This document shows, piece after piece, positions 59,616 through 64,000 of a DNA stretch of 64,000 bases. Numbering within the stretch: position 1 is the first letter of the stretch; every line of letters starts with the position of its first letter. A program made the position numbers and the translations under genes. Origin of the DNA: an uncultured Mesorhizobium sp. (GTDB taxonomy: Bacteria > Pseudomonadota > Alphaproteobacteria > Rhizobiales > Rhizobiaceae); contig CAZBBT010000003.1 in NCBI GenBank assembly GCA_964490065.1, positions 7,560 to 71,559 on the forward strand. The letters run 5' to 3'. Under the pieces are notes generated by a model. It ran no database searches. It had not been told where the DNA came from and saw nothing but the letters and a program-made list of their open reading frames with translations.

Positions 59616-61310
59616 ATGGAACTGAAATTCGTCGATCCGCGCTCGCTCAAGGACAATCCCGACAGAGCCCGCCGTTCAAAGTCCAGCCCGCAGGCCGACG
59701 CCCTGCTGCTCGCCACCATCAAGGCCGTCGGCATCGTGCAGCCGCCCGTCGTTGCCGAAGAGGCCGATGGCGGCAACGGCTTCGTCATCGACGAGGGCCA
59801 CCGTCGCGTCAGGCAGGCGATCGCGGCCGGGCTCGACGAGATCGCCGTTCTGATCGTTCCTCGTGTCGAGGATGGCGGCGCCATGCGCTCGCTCGTCACG
59901 ACGATCGCGCATGAGCAGCTCAATCCCGTGGACCAATGGCGCGCCATCGAGCGCCTCGTGACGCTCGGCTGGACCGAGGAGGCGATCGGCATCGCGCTCG
60001 CCCAGCCGGTGCGGCAGATCAAGAAGCTGAGACTGCTCGCCAATGTGCTGCCGGCCATGCTCGATCATATGGCCAAGGGGGACATGCCCGACGAGCGCCA
60101 GCTTCGAACCGTCGCGGCCGCCTCGCTCGAAGAGCAAAAGGAGGTCTGGAAGGCGCACAAGCCCTCAAAGGGCGACCGCCAAGTCGATTGGTGGCGCGTC
60201 GCGCAGGGTCTGGCAAAGACCCGCATGTATGCGCGCGATGCCAGCTTCGACGACGATCTCAGGGAGGCCTATGGCATCGCCTGGGTCGACGACCTGTTCG
60301 CGCCGGCCGACCAGGACAGCCGCTACACGACGGATGTCGATGCCTTCCTCGGCGCGCAGCAGGAGTGGATGACGCAGAACCTGCCCAAGAAGGGCGTCAT
60401 CACCGAGTCGACGGCCTATGGCGAGGTCAAGCTGCCACCCAAGGCCGAGCGCGTGTACGGGACGCCGAAGAAGTCGGACCATACCGCGATGTATCTCGAC
60501 CGTGAGGGCAAGGTGAAGTCGGTCCACTTCCGCATGCCTGACACGAAGAAGGCCAAGGGCAAGGCTGCGGAAAGCGCTGGCGGCGACGAGGCGCTCGTCG
60601 TCTCGAAGCCCCGTCCCGACGTCACGCGCAAGGGCATCGAGATGATCGGCGACCTGCGCACCGATGCCCTGCATGAAGCATTGTCACGCGCGCCGATCGA
60701 GGACGACACGCTGATGGCGCTGTTGGTTCTCGCCTTCGCCGGCCAGAACGTGCGTGTCGATTCCGGGGCGGGTGGCGACTTCCGCTATGGCGGCCGCTTC
60801 GGGCGCCATGCCGCGACGCTGTTCGACGCCGAAGGCAGGTTCGCCTTCGACACGGACACGTTGCGCATCGCCGCCCGCGGCGTGCTGAGCGATGTGCTGT
60901 CGTGCCGCGAGAACATCAGCAAGTCGGGCATCGTGGCGATCGTTGCCGGCGGAGCCGTCGGTGCCGACGGCTTCCTTGCCAATATGGGCACGGAGGACTT
61001 CTTCTCCTGCCTGTCGCGCAGGGCGCTCGAAGCTTCGTGCGCCGACACGCCTGTGCTGCCGCGGGCGCGCGTCAAGGACACGAGAGCCGCCCTCGTCGAG
61101 CACTTCAAAGAGGGCCATTTCGTCCATCCAGCGGCGTTGTTCGCGGCGGATACGGCGGCACTGGGCGAATGGCTCAGCAAGAACGCCGTCACCGAGGCCG
61201 ATGACGACGACAACGTCACCGACGTCGAGGGCGTCGCCAGCGAGGACCAGGTGGCCGACGGCGAGCCTGCCGATGGGCTCGAGGACGGCTACCGCGAGGC
61301 GGCCGAGTAG
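59616..61310 (+). CDS. ParB N-terminal-domain plasmid protein
   Basis: IKAVGIVQPPVV and EGHRRV ParBc motifs; acidic tail ending EAAE. Confidence 0.88.
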   Translation: MELKFVDPRSLKDNPDRARRSKSSPQADALLLATIKAVGIVQPPVVAEEADGGNGFVIDEGHRRVRQAIAAGLDEIAVLIVPRVEDGGAMRSLVTTIAHEQLNPVDQWRAIERLVTLGWTEEAIGIALAQPVRQIKKLRLLANVLPAMLDHMAKGDMPDERQLRTVAAASLEEQKEVWKAHKPSKGDRQVDWWRVAQGLAKTRMYARDASFDDDLREAYGIAWVDDLFAPADQDSRYTTDVDAFLGAQQEWMTQNLPKKGVITESTAYGEVKLPPKAERVYGTPKKSDHTAMYLDREGKVKSVHFRMPDTKKAKGKAAESAGGDEALVVSKPRPDVTRKGIEMIGDLRTDALHEALSRAPIEDDTLMALLVLAFAGQNVRVDSGAGGDFRYGGRFGRHAATLFDAEGRFAFDTDTLRIAARGVLSDVLSCRENISKSGIVAIVAGGAVGADGFLANMGTEDFFSCLSRRALEASCADTPVLPRARVKDTRAALVEHFKEGHFVHPAALFAADTAALGEWLSKNAVTEADDDDNVTDVEGVASEDQVADGEPADGLEDGYREAAE

Positions 61311-61401
61311 GCCCCGCCCACTTTTCTTCTCCGATCGCCCTTCCGCCGCCGGGTCTACACGGCGGCGGTTTCCTTTTCACCGTCCCGAACAGGAGGACAC
61401 C

Positions 61402-61863
61402 ATGTCCGCACTTACGATCTTCGAGCATGCACCGATTGGCGCCATTGTCGCCTGGTCCGACTCCACCCCGCGTCCGCCGGAACGGCATTCCAGGAAACTC
61501 GCCGCCTGGAAAAACAGCAACAGCCTGGGCCGCCTGATCCGCAAGCAAGGCGACGGCGTTGCCACCATCGGCACCTTCACCTTGCATGAGGCCGATTTCG
61601 GCGCCGCCGGCGTCATCGCCATCCGTGTCCAGCGAACGTTCTCGCTCGACTCCAGCCTGCGCTTCGCAATCGTCGAGCGCCCGCCGCTCGGCTCGGTGCG
61701 CGTCTTCGACCGCGCCGGCGACGATGCCGAGCGCGTCCATCTGGCGCCGCATCGCGCGGCCGCCCAGCGCTGGCGGTCTGAGCACGGTTATCCCGATGCG
61801 GTGCTCGACGAGGTCACGACAGACGAGGCCGCTGCCGATGCCGTCGAGGGGAGGGCGGCATGA
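61402..61863 (+). CDS. Conserved plasmid hypothetical protein
   Basis: RBS AGGAGG then MSALTIFEHAPIGAIVAWSD..PRPPERH; stop overlaps next start. Confidence 0.72.
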   Translation: MSALTIFEHAPIGAIVAWSDSTPRPPERHSRKLAAWKNSNSLGRLIRKQGDGVATIGTFTLHEADFGAAGVIAIRVQRTFSLDSSLRFAIVERPPLGSVRVFDRAGDDAERVHLAPHRAAAQRWRSEHGYPDAVLDEVTTDEAAADAVEGRAA

Positions 61864-62747
61864 GCCCGATGCTTTCCTGCCCGCCTTCCTCGTTCGCGAC
61901 CCCGGATCCGTTCGCTGCTTCTTTCGGGCACAGCGCCGACGGCATGCCGGTCGCCCTGGTCGGCGACCATGCCTATGCCATGGCGCCTGGTAGCGGCGGC
62001 CGCCATTTTCTGGTCAGCGGCTGGCGCATCGCCCGGCCGATGGCCGAATGGACGCGTGCGGACTTCTACGGCCATGGCGGTGAGCTTGCCGACGAGGCGG
62101 CATTCCGTTCACATGTTGCCGAGCAGGCCGAGCATGCAAGGGAAAAGCACAGGCTCGGCCGGCGCGAGATCGGTGGCGGCGCCAGCACGCCCTGGGGCAT
62201 CTCGCAAGGCGCGACCGTCTATGCGCCAGGCATAGTCGCGTATTCGACAGCCGGGCACGGCGGCTTCAAGCTTTCGGCCGAACGCAACCGCAATGTCCAT
62301 CCGATGCTACGTTCGGCCGGAGGCTGGTATGAAGAAGACGAGTGCTGGGCGGCCGTCGCGGTCACCTACCCGCATCTGTTCACCGGCTTCGAGCGCCGGT
62401 GCGCGGAGCAGACCGTCAAGGATAGCTGGCCCGATGTCTGGGAAGCGATCTTCGGCGGCATCCTCGCCCCTGGTGAATCCCGCCAGAAGGATCGTCGCGT
62501 CTTCGAAGCCGAGCACGCTGCCGACTGGATCGTTATCTCGGCGATCGCCTCGCATCAGGTGAATGGCTTCGTCGAATGCGTCGCCACGCCGGGCGGCAAA
62601 CGTGGCGCAGGCACCGAGGAACGGCGCTTCCTCGTGCATGTCGACGAATATGAGGTCGGGCGCTTCGGCTTCGTCATCGATCCCGATCGTCATGTCGTCT
62701 ATGCCGGCCCGTCGAGTTTCGCCGACTGGCGGGGGAGGGTGCGATGA
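61860..62747 (+). CDS. Conserved plasmid protein (DUF7007-like)
   Basis: TPWG, TAGHGGFKLS and WYEEDECW motifs. Confidence 0.72.
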   Translation: MSPMLSCPPSSFATPDPFAASFGHSADGMPVALVGDHAYAMAPGSGGRHFLVSGWRIARPMAEWTRADFYGHGGELADEAAFRSHVAEQAEHAREKHRLGRREIGGGASTPWGISQGATVYAPGIVAYSTAGHGGFKLSAERNRNVHPMLRSAGGWYEEDECWAAVAVTYPHLFTGFERRCAEQTVKDSWPDVWEAIFGGILAPGESRQKDRRVFEAEHAADWIVISAIASHQVNGFVECVATPGGKRGAGTEERRFLVHVDEYEVGRFGFVIDPDRHVVYAGPSSFADWRGRVR

Positions 62748-63079
62748 CCCTCTCGCCCGAGCTCAGCCGCCAGCTCACACGTATGGAGGAGGCGCGCCGG
62801 CAGACCCAGCGCCAACTGGACCGGATCAATCGGCAGCTTACGCGGCGCATGACGGTGCTGATCCCCGCTCTGCTGCCGCGCCGATCGCATTTTCATCGGA
62901 ACAAGGCGCCCGACGCCGGCGCCTTTCTCGAACAGTATCGCGCGCAGCTCGCAGCCTTGACTGCGGAACGCCAGACCGAAATCGACGCCCTGTCGCGCAA
63001 GCTGATGCGGCAGGATCAGGCGATCGCCGAATTCCTCGACCGATACGCCGAAGCGACGAACAGGGCCAAGCGGATCTAG
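62744..63079 (+). CDS. Coiled-coil hypothetical protein
   Basis: ATGA-coupled to the upstream gene; helical composition. Confidence 0.62.
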   Translation: MTLSPELSRQLTRMEEARRQTQRQLDRINRQLTRRMTVLIPALLPRRSHFHRNKAPDAGAFLEQYRAQLAALTAERQTEIDALSRKLMRQDQAIAEFLDRYAEATNRAKRI

Positions 63080-63537
63080 CGCTACCGTCGTTTGCTCGGC
63101 ATGCCGGATACTGTCGCTGAAGCCGCATTCAGTTGACACACGAGCGGTCATCATGGTGATGCCAGGCGGGCGGCGCGACGAGCTTGGAGTTATGAATTGG
63201 GCCGATGGTCATGGCCGTCTGTCCTCGCTCTCCCATGCCGGAATCTAGGCCCGTGCCGGTCCTCTTCGGGCTTGATGCGGTCCTGAACCGTCGGCCGCGC
63301 GCTTCAAGGTCGCGTGCCGCGCCGCAGAGCGGCCGGATCGCGCCGCGCTCGCCACGGCAGGTCCGCGTCCCGCGCGAGGGCTGAAGAAGCCCTGCTTGGC
63401 CGCAAACCTGCCATGCTCGCCCCGGTCCGACCGGACCCTGAAGTGCCCGTCATTCCGCCGGTTCCTTTAGGCCGCGCCCGAAGGCGGGCCGGCACGGGGC
63501 CGGTCCGAGCTTCGGGAGCCAGAAGAAAGGACATGTC

Positions 63538-64000
63538 ATGACCACGAAAGCCGCCAATTCCAGCGTATCCGCCCGCGTCGTCCCGATGCGCAAGGGCACC
63601 ACTTTGCAAATGGTTCGGCTCGCCTGCCCCGATAGTGCGCAATGCGCCCTCGTCGCCGAAAGCTTCGGCCTGACCATCCTCGACAGCGACGGCATCCGCG
63701 ACCTGCACGAAAAGTTCCTCATCGGCACGGCAGCGGCGCTCAATGAAGGCCTCGGCGAACGCGCCATGCAGATTCACCTGCAGCGCATCGTCGCGGCCTT
63801 TGTCGGTTCCGCCTACGGTGCCGGTCAGTTCTATAGCCGTGCGGTAACCGAGGCGCGCGACGCCACCGCCAAGGCCGCCTGCGACGACCGTGACGAAGAC
63901 GTCGACGGTCCGGTCGGTTTCGACAGCGCCGCGCAGCGCAAGCGCGAGTTCGCCGCCGACATGGCCCTTCAGTCTCATGCGCTCCGCATGGCCGCCGAGG
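63538..64000 (+). CDS. Conserved plasmid hypothetical protein, 3' partial
   Basis: RBS AAGGA; open frame to window end (MVRLACPDSAQ...IHLQRIVAAFVGSA...AQRKREFAA). Confidence 0.72.
   Translation, partial: MTTKAANSSVSARVVPMRKGTTLQMVRLACPDSAQCALVAESFGLTILDSDGIRDLHEKFLIGTAAALNEGLGERAMQIHLQRIVAAFVGSAYGAGQFYSRAVTEARDATAKAACDDRDEDVDGPVGFDSAAQRKREFAADMALQSHALRMAAE

Noticed and set aside
1-64000. CRISPR array, rRNA, repABC, relaxase or oriT
   Set aside because: None seen by eye; the short repeats at 59153-59204 lack repeat-spacer periodicity

Overview
This window looks like a mosaic from a GC-rich alphaproteobacterial (Rhizobiales-type) plasmid or ICE; all assignments come from motif recognition, not database searches. 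0-7.2 kb: the end of an SsuD/MsuE-like flavin monooxygenase pair, then a siderophore-uptake module with no biosynthesis genes (AraC, RhtX/YbtX-type MFS, FyuA-like TonB receptor, FAD monooxygenase). 7.6-10.1 kb: a complete IS21 element with no target duplication that cuts a short gene after about 21 codons. 10-14 kb: a phosphoester/sugar-phosphate module under RpiR. 14.6-21.3 kb: a decaying defence patch (HEPN, broken Abi_C, HNH, helicase stump) fused to an ArsR-rhodanese/MFS cassette. 21.9-44.2 kb: a 22-kb mirror-arranged catabolic island with two paralogous HutC/GntR regulators, a shared operator, two PotABCD-like transporters and hydrolases with non-canonical metal ligands. About 44.9 kb: a cuckoo/alpha-r14-type sRNA. 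46-64 kb: plasmid backbone genes (DUF3991-toprim, DUF1419, DUF3085, a 1700-aa methylase-helicase, ParB-like genes), interrupted at 53.4-59.2 kb by a FicTA pair, a tRNA-mimic non-coding element, an Apea-like HEPN gene, a Dsr1-like SIR2 pseudogene and a repeat-preceded gene. The tRNA mimic (GAT anticodon, long variable arm, no CCA, candidate promoter and strong terminator) is the best candidate for an undescribed system.
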